Part shown: positions 38,477 to 50,862 of the stretch, piece after piece | Position numbering within the stretch: position 1 is the stretch's first letter | Layout: each line of letters begins with the position of its first letter | From: Octopus sinensis | Lineage: Eukaryota | Length of the DNA: 64,000 bases | Direction: 5' to 3' | NCBI RefSeq assembly: GCF_006345805.1 | Contig: NC_042999.1 | Location: 156,302,001 to 156,366,000 of the forward strand | Notes under the pieces: generated by a model | The model's input: only the letters and a program-made list of their open reading frames with translations | What the model was told of the DNA's origin: nothing | Databases searched by the model: none | Translations under genes and position numbers: made by a program

Positions 38477-38719
38477 TACACACATCTATCTACATAACAG
38501 CACACTAACTATTCTATTCTACCTGTGTAAACTGTGGGTATGGGGGTATGATATCTACTATGTATATTTCCTATTTAGTATTGGGGAAGTTTCATTTAGT
38601 TACAAAGCATTAGTTGGCCTTGAGCTACAGAAGACACTTGCCCTAGGAACCCTGCTGTGGGGTTGAACCTAAAACAATGTGGTTGCATAGCAAACTGCTT
38701 AACCATGTTACCTCCATGT

Positions 38720-39660
38720 TGGTCCTTGGTATGTTGGTAGAGTATGGAGGTCTGTATTTTTATTGTCATATTGTCTCAAATGTTCATTTAGTCGTTCTGC
38801 AATACTTCTTGATGTCTCCCCTATGTATGTCATGTTCATGTCTCTACAAGCACCTTCTATGCATTCTTATGCTGTAAACTACATTTCCAGTTCTACAGGG
38901 CTAATCCTACATACCATGCAGTTATCATTGGTGCATATGATATTCTCAAAGGAGTATGTCCTACATAGTTGTGATCTGACGGAGTTCCCTGGCTTTTCAA
39001 CAATCTTAATGTTGAGTTTAGTCTCCTTCAGGGCTTTTCTAAATCTACAGGCTTGTTCTCCATGGGCTGTGGCCTCTACAAACATCACTCCTTGATAGTT
39101 GTCGGTTTTATACCACATGTTCGCCCTGTTTGCTTTGTCACAAGTTCTTTGTATCATATTCAAGTCTTTGTTTCTATATCTAGGGCAGGTACCACTGGTA
39201 TCATTGCGTATAATGTTATCCAATTTCCTTCTAGGACCCCTGTATACTCAAACCCTATCTTTCTGATCCAGAGAATTGCATGCAGTGCATGAAGTTCTGT
39301 ACATGTTTCTTCGTTTCATGGGGTTTGCATAGTGGGGACACGTTGTTCATTATCCTAAGTCTGCTATCAGTATGTTAATTTTCATGTTGTGTGTGACACA
39401 GCTGAATTCTTGTGAACAAAATATTTTGAAGCTATGGTTTTCATGTAATAGGAGTGGAGGAGCTGAACTCTATTGTTCACAGTCTCTAACCAAAGTTCAG
39501 TATCAAGGATGGGGTGGGGTCTATTGTTGGGGTGCTTAGTGGGTAATCTATTAGTTACCTTGATACTTTGGTGGTTAGAGTTAGCCACTTGCTGGATGCT
39601 CTCCATTACATTCCTCTCAGTTTCTACACTACTGTTATTAGAGTAAATTTACTGGTGAGT
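38720..39660 (-). pseudogene. Penelope-like retroelement fragment (RT thumb to GIY-YIG endonuclease)
   Basis: Minus strand gives HPILDTELWLE...LLHSYYMKTIASKYFVHKNSA (PLE RT thumb), then C..D.C.VC, then MTYIGETSRSIAERLNEHL (GIY-YIG motif). Several stops and frameshifts. Confidence 0.88.
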
Positions 39661-39671
39661 GTGTTAAATTA

Positions 39672-40054
39672 TCTCTCTATATAAACGGCAGTTTGTCTGT
39701 GCGTGTTTCTGTGTGTCTGTTTGCTTGTACCCTCATCCTGACCACGGCTTTCAACCGATTCTGATGAAACTTGACACACACATAGCCCAATGTCATAATT
39801 CAAAACTAACGCAGCAAAAATTTTGAAAAGTTCCCCCAGTTCTGAAAAAAATCGATAAATTCGACATGGGGTCAAGAATCAGAAACACGAACCACAAACT
39901 GTCTAGGGGACGCAACTCAACCTTTTTTAAATCTCAAAAAAAAATTTACCATAGTTTTTTTCCATTTTTTTGCTATTTTTTGGCTATAACTCTCTACAAA
40001 TGCTTTATAGTTATTTCCCTTACAAACCTGAGCAACGCCGGGCGATACTGCTAG
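39672..40054 (+). mobile_element. Non-autonomous Helitron (second subfamily)
   Basis: A|TC start and caaacctgagcaacgccgggcgatactgCTAG|T end shared with 11986-12374, but a different interior. Confidence 0.8.
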
Positions 40055-42574
40055 TAAGGCACTAAAAGAGAATGACTCTCCCCAGGTACAACAGAATATC
40101 CTATCTAGCTGATCAACACTTGAAAACTGACATAACTTCAGTGTCACCGGATAGCAGGTGTAAAAGGGGCAGGCTGAAGATCACTTGGTAACTGACTTTT
40201 GAAGATGACCTAAAGATAGTCAATATTATGTGGAATGAATATGCAAGAGTATCAGATAACCAAACTCAGTGGAGGAGGCTTGCCATACAAATAGGCTAAG
40301 CAGCCAGGGGCTCCTAAAGCCAAATATATAAGTGTACACATGGATTCATATATACATGCATGTACATATATAGGTAGATGGCATTTTAATTAGTAGCTTT
40401 GAATTCAACGTGGCACAGCTGTCAATATATATATATACATTGAATTGGTTTAATAACTCTATATTAGAATATCAACTGAGATACCAGAATTCAAGATACC
40501 AATTGTCAAGTTGTAGTGGGGAACACACACACACACTCTCTCTCTCTCTCTCTCTCTCACATATGTGCACACAATCGACTTTCACACAGCTTTTGTCTAC
40601 TAAATTCACTCACTAGGCATTGGTTGACCCAGAGCAGAAGGCAGGGAGCTGGCAGAAACGTTAGCATGCTGGACGAAATGCTTAGCGGTATTTCGCTTGT
40701 CTTTATGTTCAGAGTTCAAATTTCGCTGAGGTTGACTTTGCCTTTCATCCTTTCAGAGTCAATAAATTAAGTACCAGTTGCGTACTGGGGTCAATCTAAT
40801 CACTGGCTCCCACCCCCAAATTTCTGGCCTTGTGCCTAGAGTAGGAAAAAAAAAAGAGTTATAGTAGAAGACATTTATCCAAGATGCTGTGTATGGAACT
40901 GAACTGGAAATCATGTGGTTGCAAAGTGAACTTCAGAACCACTCAACCATTCCTTCCACCAGTATATTTGTCATTTTACTCATTCTGGATTGAACTCGTA
41001 TCCCCCCACCTAAGTTACTTGACTTAACCCTTTTGATATAAGCCCCCTGGTTCTAGAATTCTTGAATCAAAATCTGTACTTTTTAACATAAATGTTGCAA
41101 CAAAATGATTAATGCTTAATGATTAACCCTTTTGTTACTAACCCGGCCAAAACCAGCTCTGGCTCTGTGGTAAAATGTCTTGTTTTCATAAGTTTTGAAT
41201 TAAAATATTCCACCAAGCCTTAGTCGCAATTTTCGTTCCTAACACTAGCTGAATGATAGCTAAGTTATTTTACTAAATTCTTTGTTATATTTAAAATAAT
41301 TGAAAGAAACACAGAGCATCTCAAAATAAATACAATAACAAAAGAGTTAATTGAAACATGAATTTAGTCCCTGTATTAGTTAAACAATAAATATGTCCTC
41401 TGGTTCACAATATTCCTAGTGTGGATCATGGACAGAGAACAGGATACCCTTGTGGACATAACGAAGGGCTTGATTTGAAATTATAAGCGAGAGCACAGAC
41501 ATGGCTGTCTGGTTAAGAAACTTGCTTCCCAGCTATCTGATCTTGGGTTCAGTCCCACATTGTGGTTCTATGGGCAAGTGTCTTCTGTTATAACTCTGGG
41601 CTGACCAAAGCCTCATGAGTGGATTTGGCAGACAAACTGAAAAAAAGCCTGTTGTATATGTATATATGTATGTGTGTCTGTGTGTGTGTTTACCCGTGTC
41701 TTGACATCATGGTTGTAAATGAGCACCACTCTCATACAAGCAGTGCTGTTAGTTTCTTATATATGAAAAATATATCTGGCTAGGGGGAAATATATACTTT
41801 GCTTGGAAATAAGTGGGGATTGATGACAGGAAAGGCACCCAATTATAGAAAATCTGCCTCAATAAATTCCATGTGACCCACACAAACATGAGAAAGTGGA
41901 TGTTAAATGATGATGATACTCAATATGATAGACACCTGAGGAATGGCAGGACTGGGATTACAATGGCTGAAACAGGGTAACAATAATAACGAAGGTGATG
42001 ACACTTGTCTGAACACATCAGTTTATAATGAAGTATACTTATTTACAAGATGGTGCCAAATATACAGATCTCCCTTCTGTGTGAAATACATGTATGAATG
42101 ATGAGTGTCTATATACACGTGGGTGTGTTTGTCTAAGTCTATGTGAACACTTGTGCATATGTGTGTATGGGTGGGTGGACGTGAGACCTTACTGACCAAT
42201 ACATTATGATTACTCAATGTCGACACAGCTGAAAAACGTTTTGGTAGAAAGTACTTGCATTGAGGTCAAGTAGATAGGAAACACACCCCACTTTGCTGAC
42301 TTGTTCAGCCCATATTTCTCATGTGTATGTGTGTGTAAAATTTGACAGAGAGGTTTTGCCAGTCCTGTAGCTTTTTCACAGTTTGAATAAACCACGAACC
42401 TGTTGAGGCTTTAAAGTTACTGTCAGTTATAAGAAATAATAGATTCTACACACATTCTCTATTCAGCAAATGTTGTTTTTGTGCATAAAAACAGTTGTTT
42501 TCAAAGTTTCCCCATTTGCTCAGCTTTCATCTCCTTGTGTTCTGTCTGTTTAACCCTTGATACACACACACATA

Positions 42575-42830
42575 TATATAAGAGGAAGAACCACTAAGGT
42601 GGATTCCTAATATGCTAGAAGACAATGCCAGATTGCCTTACCACGAAGAATATGTTTTCAAGAAATTTCAGCAAGACGCAATGAAAAGATCTATCTTTTC
42701 ATTTGTCTTGCTCGTTTACATTCTGGCGTTTTGCTGAAATTTTTGAGAACATATTCTTCATGGTAAGGCGATCTGGCATCGTCTTCTAGCATATTAGGAA
42801 TCCACCTTGGTGGTTATTCCTTTTATATAT
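42575..42830. mobile_element. Fold-back MITE-like element with ~100-bp arms
   Basis: Arms aagaggaagaaccactaaggtggattcc...gcaagacgc and gcgttttgc...ggaatccaccttggtggttattcctttt, flanked by TATA. Confidence 0.82.
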
Positions 42831-42879
42831 GTAATATAATTCATATTGAGGAATATTTGAAGGATCCTATGAAGGATTT

Positions 42880-43108
42880 CATAGAACAACGTAAAACCTG
42901 GCTGATGATGGTCAAGGCTGATCTGGAACCCAACCTAGGCTCCCATATCTACGGTGTTCGCTGCTGGAATAAGGAATGGTTGGAGATCATGCGGTCGTTA
43001 GCCTCAAATCGCCAGGCCTGGTCGGCGTTTGTGAGATGCAGCATTGAGGATGAATGAAGCCAGCTCAACCCACCCTGGGTGAATGCTGTCAAGTCAGTCA
43101 GTCAGTCA
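42880..43108 (+). pseudogene. RTE LINE 3' end (second family)
   Basis: RKTWLMMVKADLEPNLGSHIYGVRCWNKEWLEIMRSLASNRQAWSAFVR, then caacccaccctgggtgaatg and an (AGTC)n tail. Confidence 0.8.
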
Positions 43109-43718
43109 ATATAATTCATCGTCTTTGGATTTTTTTAAGTATGCTAGATATCATATATATAAGGACACAGGAAATGTGTCAAGGCCAACAGGAAGCATTG
43201 ATGCTTCCTAGGGCTAAATAGCTGTGGTGTGATTCCCTTATGGGACTATCACATTAAGTTGACAGTATACAACTGCTCTATCATTCCACCAGTGCTTATA
43301 TCTCTTTCAGATATTTAGAAATTTAACATTTCTAATTTTGGTGATCAGTGAATATACTTCACGAAAAAAAAAATATATATGTGTTTACAAAGTCTAGACA
43401 GGTATCTTCAGCTGCAGGCCTTGCTGCTCCAGATTGATGATGAGCAACACTCAGAAACATGTCTCTGGATGCAGGTCTACTGTTGGGGGTGCTTGTCTCC
43501 CCTTTGTAAACATAAGGACACAGGAAATGTGTCAAGGCCGACAGGAAGCATTGATGCTTCCTAGGGCTAAATAGCTGTGGTGTGATTCCCTTATGGGACT
43601 GTCATGTTAAGTTGACAGTATACAACTGCTCTCTCTATATATAGTTCTTTATTTAAGAGATGAGGAATTATGTACGTTATTTACAATTGACAGATATTTG
43701 TCCTCATCTTATTTGTTG

Positions 43719-43765
43719 TTAACACGTTTCGACTGATATACCCTCCAGCCTTCATCAGGTGTCTT
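43719..43765 (-). ncRNA. Hammerhead-ribozyme-like motif (Penelope-type minimal HHR, probably degenerate)
   Basis: Minus strand GACAC CUGAUGA A GGCUG-gaggguauau-CAGUC GAAAC GUGUU has canonical core boxes and stem II. No cleavable NUH triplet lies between GAAAC and the stem I partner. Confidence 0.6.
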
Positions 43766-43822
43766 GGGGAAATTTCGAACCTGGGTTCTCATTCCTAAGG
43801 TATTTTTCAATGTTGTTATTCA

Positions 43823-44215
43823 TCATCATCATCATTTAACATCTGTTTTCCATGCTAGCATGGGTTGGATGGTTCGACCAGAACCCAGGAGGCTGCACCA
43901 GGCTCCAGTTTGATCTGGCAGTGTTTCTATAGCTGGATGCCCTACCTAACGCCAACCACTCCATGAGTGTAGTGGGTGCTTTTTACATGCCACCGGCACA
44001 GGGGCCAGGCGACGCTGGTAACAGCCACGATTGGTTTGTGCTTTTTACGTGCCACCAGCACGGAAGCCAGTCAAGGCGGCGCTGGCATTGGCCACATTCA
44101 GATGGTGCTTTTTACGTGTCACTGGCATGGGTATCACAACTACAATTTCCATTTAATTTTTATTTTGATGTTGATACTTAACTCAATAGGTCTCCTCAAG
44201 CACAGTAAATCGCCC
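43823..44215 (-). mobile_element. RTE LINE 3' UTR fragment
   Basis: Same sequence family as 54700-55186. Confidence 0.85.
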
Positions 44216-44277
44216 TATGATCCAAGTGGTCTAGCGAGAAGAAAAAACTAGTCAATAGACTATATATTATTCATATA

Positions 44278-44514
44278 AAAATACAGTGTACATTTAAACA
44301 CATAAGAAATGGCCATAACAGGACATCTGACTCACTAGAAAGAGTAGTTAAACCACAAACCACTATTAGGGGTAATTTCGAAAGGGAATGTTTTTTTTTT
44401 CCATTCCCTTTCGAAATTACCCCTAATAGTGATTTGTGGTTTAACTACTCTTTCTAGCGAGTCAGATGTCCTGTTATGGCCATCTCTTATGTGTTTAAAT
44501 GTACACTGTATTTT
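44278..44514. repeat. Near-perfect palindrome, 113-bp arms
   Basis: 44278-44390 versus 44402-44514: 110/113 matches, no indels, 11-nt T-rich loop. Confidence 0.95.
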
Positions 44515-45887
44515 GATATATATATATATATGAAATGAATATATTACAAATTGATGTGACACGTGGAGACTGCTTGTCTATGCTATTGTTCTATATACGC
44601 ATACACACACCATCTCTCTATCACACTCTTTACTGTTTTATGCCGTTGGTGTTACTACAGATGGTAGTGGATCTCTCCTCTTCTCTGTACCATACCATTA
44701 ATGTAATTAGAGATGTTACTAGACTTGTCCGTCCGTCTGTCTGTCTGTCTACCCATCCCTCTCTCCCTCTCTAGCACTCAACACTTCCTCTCCCATCCAT
44801 ATTACTCCAGCTCTCTCACCTTTCTTGAGTATTAATAATGAATTACATCAGATCTGTATGTATCTCGTACTCTAAATTTATACTTTCTACTCTCTCTTTC
44901 TCATCTTGGACCACTTGGTATCAACATCTATCATTCACCCATTCCATTTACTCTCTTCTTACTCTCCATCACTCTCTCACCCTCTCTCCTTTTCTCTTAT
45001 CCTATCCACCTTGTATCTTTTTTCTTTATATCTTTTTAGTTAGGAGGGAAGGCTTTGCCCACAACCTTTAACTGACTCTTGAACACCGCTGGGAAAGAGA
45101 GAGACGGTTCTTCTCAAATTGGAGTCCTGGGCTGAATGCTTGGTGGAGGCACATGGCTTAGTGGTTAGACCAGTGGACTCGCAGTCGAGGGATTGCGGGT
45201 TCGAATCTCAGACGGGTGATATGTTTGTTTATGAGTGAAACACCTAAGCTCTACGTGGCTCTGGCAGAAGGTAATGGTGAACTTCCGCTGACCACAACTT
45301 TCTCTCACTCTTTCCTCCTACATCCTGCAGCTCACCTACGACGGACTGGCGTCCCGTCCAGGTGGGGAACCTATACCCCAAGGAAACCGGGTTACCGGCC
45401 CTTATGAGCCAGGTATGGCTCGAGAAAGAACAAACAAACTGAATGCTTGCAAAAAATGGGTTCTGCTAAAGGTCCTCTGGGTGTCAGATATTGGTACTGG
45501 ACAGGGCAGTTGATTAAGCCTACAATTTAGGTAGGCTATGGTGGGATTTGAACTCAGAATGCAAACAGTCAGGATGAATACCACAAGGTACTTAGTCTGA
45601 CATGTCCTAGATTGAATCTTTTGTTTTATTGACTCTGTAAGGACGAAAGGCAAAGTTGTCTTTAATGAGATTTAAATTCAGAACACTGTAATTTGGATCA
45701 AATTCCACAAGATCATCTATTTAATTATCTAATGACTCTGCCAATTTGCTATCTAAATAGTTGATACAGCCTCAGACATGGCTGTGTGGCCAAGAAGTTT
45801 GCTTATCCACTGCACTGTTTTAGATTGAAACCAACTGCATGGGTGTATGGCATCTTGGGCATGATGGAAATCAAAAGAAGTTTTTAA

Positions 45888-46581
45888 CCCTTTCGTTACC
45901 AACCTGGCTGAAACCGGCTCTGGCTCTGAGTACAAATGTCTTGTTTTCATAAGTTTTGAATTAAAATCTGCCACCAAACCTTAGTCACAATTTATGTTTC
46001 TAACACTAGCTTAATGATAACTAAGTTATTTTACTAAATTCTTTGTTGTATTTAAATTAATTGAAAGAAACACAGAGCATCTCAACAGAAATATGGTAAC
46101 AAAAGGGTTAAAATATATAATAGAGAAACAATTCTTAACCCTTTTGATACCAACCCAACTGAAACCGCTTCTGGCTCTGAGTACAAATGTCTTGTTTTCA
46201 TAAGTTTTGGATTAAAATCTGCCACCAAACCTTAGTCACAATTTATGTTCCTAACACTAGCTTAATGATAACTAAGTTATTTCACTAAATATTTTGTTAT
46301 ATTTAACCCTTTCGTTACTGTATTTATTTTGAGATGCTCTGTGTTTCTTTCAATTACTTTAAATATAACAAAGAATTTAGTAAAATAACTTAGTTATCAT
46401 TAAGCTAGTGTTAGGAATATAAATTGTGACTAAGGTTTGGTGGAAGATTTTAATTCAGAACTTATGAAAACAAAACATTTGTACTACAGAGCCAGAGCCG
46501 GTTTCAGCCGGGTTGGTAATGAAAGGGTTAAAGTAATTGAAAGAAACACAGCATCTCAAAATAAATACAGTAACGAAAGGG
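45888..46581. mobile_element. Cluster of three piggyBac-type MITEs, one nested
   Basis: Copies at 45888-46107 and 46139-46581. The second is interrupted at its internal TTAA by an inverted copy at 46307-46527 with TTAA duplication. Confidence 0.9.
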
Positions 46582-47901
46582 TTAAACAATGATGATGATG
46601 ATGGTGATGATGATTGACAACATTTTAAACATAAATTTATATTGATCTGCAATAACACAGAAGAAATTGTGTAAACACTTACTCAAATATCTTTTACGCC
46701 AGATATCTTATGAAGGTAGGAAACTCATAAGTCTCTTGTTCAACAGTGCAGTTAAAATAGGATTTGGTTTTAGTATTTCTCAGCTGAAAAATAATACCCC
46801 AATATTTTTATCTGCCACAAGCAAAGAAAGATTTACTTTCTTAGGAGTTAACTGGAACTTTCAATCAGTGTTGACATGAGCTGTCTATTGATCTCAGTGT
46901 GTCTTGTAGTTTTAGATTATTCAACTGATTAGATTATTGGCAGTAACTTATATCCCAACATCAACAGTGTTGAGTTATCAATAATGTCAAAAACCAATTG
47001 TTGTTTGTGTGGTGTGTAATTGTTGTAGTGTTTTGGTTTATAGGAAAAACACGATCCATTGATTTGGACAACCATTCTAGATTCCTCAACCCTCTTTGGA
47101 TTATATATGAATTTGCACATACAAACATATACAAACATTTGCACTTACAAACATCTTGTGGTCAAGATGTTTGCCTTGTATTCATATGGTTTCTGATTCA
47201 GTCTCACTGTGGTACCTTGGGCAATTGTCTTCTATTGTAGCTTGATCAATATCATGGAAGTGAAATTTACTTGACAGAAGCATGTTATATGTATATAATG
47301 ATGGACTCTCCTGTTGAAGATGATGTGTGAGCATTCAGCTTTTGCCATACGACCTGCACAAACGATTTGTTTATAGTAATCAAATGTTTGTGCCACACAT
47401 TAGCTCACTCTCTGCATCAAATCAATATTGTCTGAAGAGGTGCATGGTGTGTCACCTATCAAAATGATCACAGAGCAACGTGCAAGAACATAATGCACCA
47501 CCCAGTCTAGGAATTGAAATCATGATCACTAGGTCGTGAATTTAACACCCCAACTACTAGGCCATGTACCTATATATATATATATATATATATAGGAGAG
47601 TTTACGAAAAAAGCAAAAGGCGAAGACAGGTGGTGTACAAAACAAACAGATGTATTAGTATAACGCTCAGGAATAGAAAAAGTCTTTTACTTTTCGAGCC
47701 TACGCTCTTCTACAGAAAGGGACACAGAAAAAACAAGGAGAGAAAAAAATGTGTGTTGTGGTTAACGATCTATCATGGCATTATATATATAACGCCATGA
47801 TGGATTGTTAGCCACTACACACACACACACACACACATATATACATACACACATGCACACAAGCACATATATACAAATATGTACAACACACACACACACA
47901 C

Positions 47902-47955
<54 letters not shown>

Positions 47956-50040
47956 TGTATGTACATGTACAGACTAAGTAGTATTTCTTCCTCTTCAGAA
48001 ATAATACTTTAGCCCTCATCTGTAATGAAAGTTTTTTTCTCTAAGTATGGGGGTGAAGACAAACAAACTAAAAATAGAACAGAAAATAAAAATCTTTTTT
48101 GCAAATGATTTCATAGTCTTTATATTTGGCACAGTTTTCACGTCCCATTTCTACTCATAACTTTTAATACAAAATGTTTTGTCCAGTTCATAGTTATGAC
48201 ATAAGTCCTTTACATAAATAAAAGAAATCGTGCTGCTATAAATTTAATTACCAAAAGATCATCTTTGAACTAATGTTATTTTATTTTGTGTTTTCATACA
48301 TAAAGTGGGCAATCCGGTTTCATGTACGTTACAATTTATCGGTCTTTCTGTTGAATGAAATTATTCAACTTAAACTGAATTTATTGGAAGGAAATAGTTT
48401 ATATATTCAAATTGGGAAAAACTATCATCAAAGGAGAATTACTGTATTTGATGGCATAAAAGACATTAAATATTTCTTGAAAATGTGAAGGAGTTTGATC
48501 ATACTCGTAGACCTTTATCAATAACATTCTGGCATTCCGTCAGTTATGATGACGAGTGTTCCATTTTGTCTGAGGAACCAAATAGCCTATTTGTGAAATT
48601 CCTGTGCAAGTGGTTGAGCACTCCACAGACATGCATGCATATCCTTAACATACTTCTCAGAGATTCAGCATGACACAGAATGCGACAAAGCTGGCCCATT
48701 GAACTTCAGGTACATCTCATTTTTGCTTGCTGAGTGAACTGGAGCTATGTGAAATAAAGTGTCTTGCTCAAGGACACAATGTGCTGCCAGATATCGAGCT
48801 CACAACCTCATGATTGTGAACTGAATCTGCTAACCACTAAATTGAGCAGTGCTACCTTAAGGCATGAGCACAGCGGGAAGTTGCAAAAAGGCCCCACAGG
48901 TCTAGGAGCTCATTTCTGATCCATGTATTCTATGGCTTGTATACTTTAGGGCTCAGAGCATTGATTTGCCTGAGGGCCTACAGTGCTACTAAGACAGGTC
49001 CAGCCTTCTATTAAATCTTGGATTGGTAGTTTACTATCAGATTGCACCATTACTGTGTTAGTGAAGCTCTTTCTGCCCATCATTGTATCGACCCTTGTAT
49101 GCCCCAAGATTCACTTTGTCTCCATCTTCTCCACTGTCTGCTGTACTTCAATTATTTATGTTATTTCATCCAACAGCACACATTCTTTCACAATAACATT
49201 ACCCTTCATTCCTCCCAAACATGCTTCAACTATGCAATATCTACTCATAACCTACCTTAGCCTAGATACCACATGCCATTCGCCAGAGGTTTTGAAAGTG
49301 TCCTCCAATGGGGGTATGTGAATCTTGTGTGGCTGTGATATTAAGAAACTCGTTTCCCAACCATGTGGTTTTGAGTTCAGTCCCACTGCATAACACCGAG
49401 GGCAAGTATCTTTTACTGTAGCTCTGTACTGACCAAAGCCTTATTATTTCTAAATCTCTCAAAGAGAGACATTCAGTAACAGTTTTTTAAAATTAAAGGT
49501 TATTTGCCAACATAATGTGACTGTCCTGGAAGGGATGATGTTTTTGTTGTTTTAGTCCTAAGAAACATTATTTCTAGCTGGCTATACAACACAATATTTG
49601 TGTCCCTATATATTTGAACAGGGAGTTCAGCACTTCCACCTAGTACAAAACAACATCTGCGGACTAGTTTCTGGGTTATTGCTCTTCATCAACACAGAGT
49701 AGTTGCTTGGTCAGATGGTGTTGCTGAACTCACCATTTGAATATATGGTTTTCAAAGTGACACACAGGCACCGATCTAAAAATAGAAATATTATTATTTC
49801 TATTTTTTTGGACTAAAACAACAGTAACATCGTCCCTTTCAGGACAGCCACATTATGTTGGCAAATAGCCTTTACTTTAAAGAACTGTTACTGAATGTCT
49901 CTTTAAGATATTTAGTAATAATATTCCTGTTATAATTTCAGTATGAAATGTAGAATGTGTTTGATTTAACTAAAACCAACTATTCTATTAAAAACTGGCA
50001 AATGGGTTTTTCAGAGTAGTTAACTGCATGCCACCCAATG

Positions 50041-50219
50041 TACTTGTACTTGTGGCAACATTCACCCTGGGCGGGTTGAGTCGGCTTCTTCTACCACCCT
50101 CGAGGCATCTTGAACCACGGCAGCCCACACCTGACGGTCCTGCGCCAGTTCACTGGAGATAGCGAGCCAGTCACGGTTCCATCGGCGCAGGCCAACCACC
50201 TGCGGACCCGTGAGCACGG
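50041..50219 (-). mobile_element. GC-rich 5'-truncated RTE LINE 3' end with intact frame
   Basis: 50217-50062 reads VLTGPQVVGLRRWNRDWLAISSELAQDRQVWAAVVQDASRVVEEADSTRPG*, then a caagtacaagta tail. Confidence 0.88.
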
Positions 50220-50634
50220 ATGTATTAATGTGTATTAATGTATTAAGTGCGAGTAAACTTTAAATAGCATCAAGATTAAATGCTAAGTTGCCGGTCAACA
50301 ACCTCTTTTGAAAAGACAAAAACATTGTGAATAAAATGAACTTGTTGTGAACTACGGACCTAATGAGTCTATCATTCTAAATTTAAGAGGTTTAGTGCAT
50401 AACATCTCATCTTAGAAATCCTTTTGAAGTTTTATCAATGTTTACATATTTTTGATGTAAATTTTGTGAGTAATAAGTACTTTATCATCATCATCATCAT
50501 CATAATTTTAACATCCACTCTTCTATGCTTGCATGGATCAGATAGAGTTCATTGACGCAGATTTTTCTATGGTTGGATGCACTTCCTGTTACCAGCTCTC
50601 ACTTGTTTCCAAGTATGGTAATTTTTGTCATGGC

Positions 50635-50862
50635 GGCGAGCTGGCAGAAACGTTAGCACGCCGGTCGAAATGCGTAGCCGTATTTCGTCTGCCGTTACGT
50701 TCTGTGTTCAAATTCCGCCGAGGTCGACTTTGCCTTTCATCCTTTCGGGGTCGATAAATTAATTACCAGTTACGCACTGGAGTCTATATAACCGACTTAA
50801 TTCATCTGTCTGTCCGTGTTTGTCTCCTCTGTGCTTAGCCCCTTGTGGGTAGTAAAGAAATA
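50635..50862 (+). mobile_element. SINE family B with 18-bp TSD, inserted in an older repeat
   Basis: TSD ggtaatttttgtcatggc at 50617-50634 and 50863-50880. Confidence 0.92.

Noticed and set aside
1884-38483. Recurrent ORFs containing 'CPRCHAVGLNPEPCG' or 'FAEPLSDGDV'
   Set aside because: They are translations of family A SINE copies, not a protein family.
42191-46783. Minus-strand micro-exon candidates at 46683-46706 (or 46783) and 42191-42226
   Set aside because: The splice-like signals are good, but the longer version has stops in all frames, the pieces are tiny, and they lie downstream of the putative stop at 52455. Chance matches are likely without RNA data.
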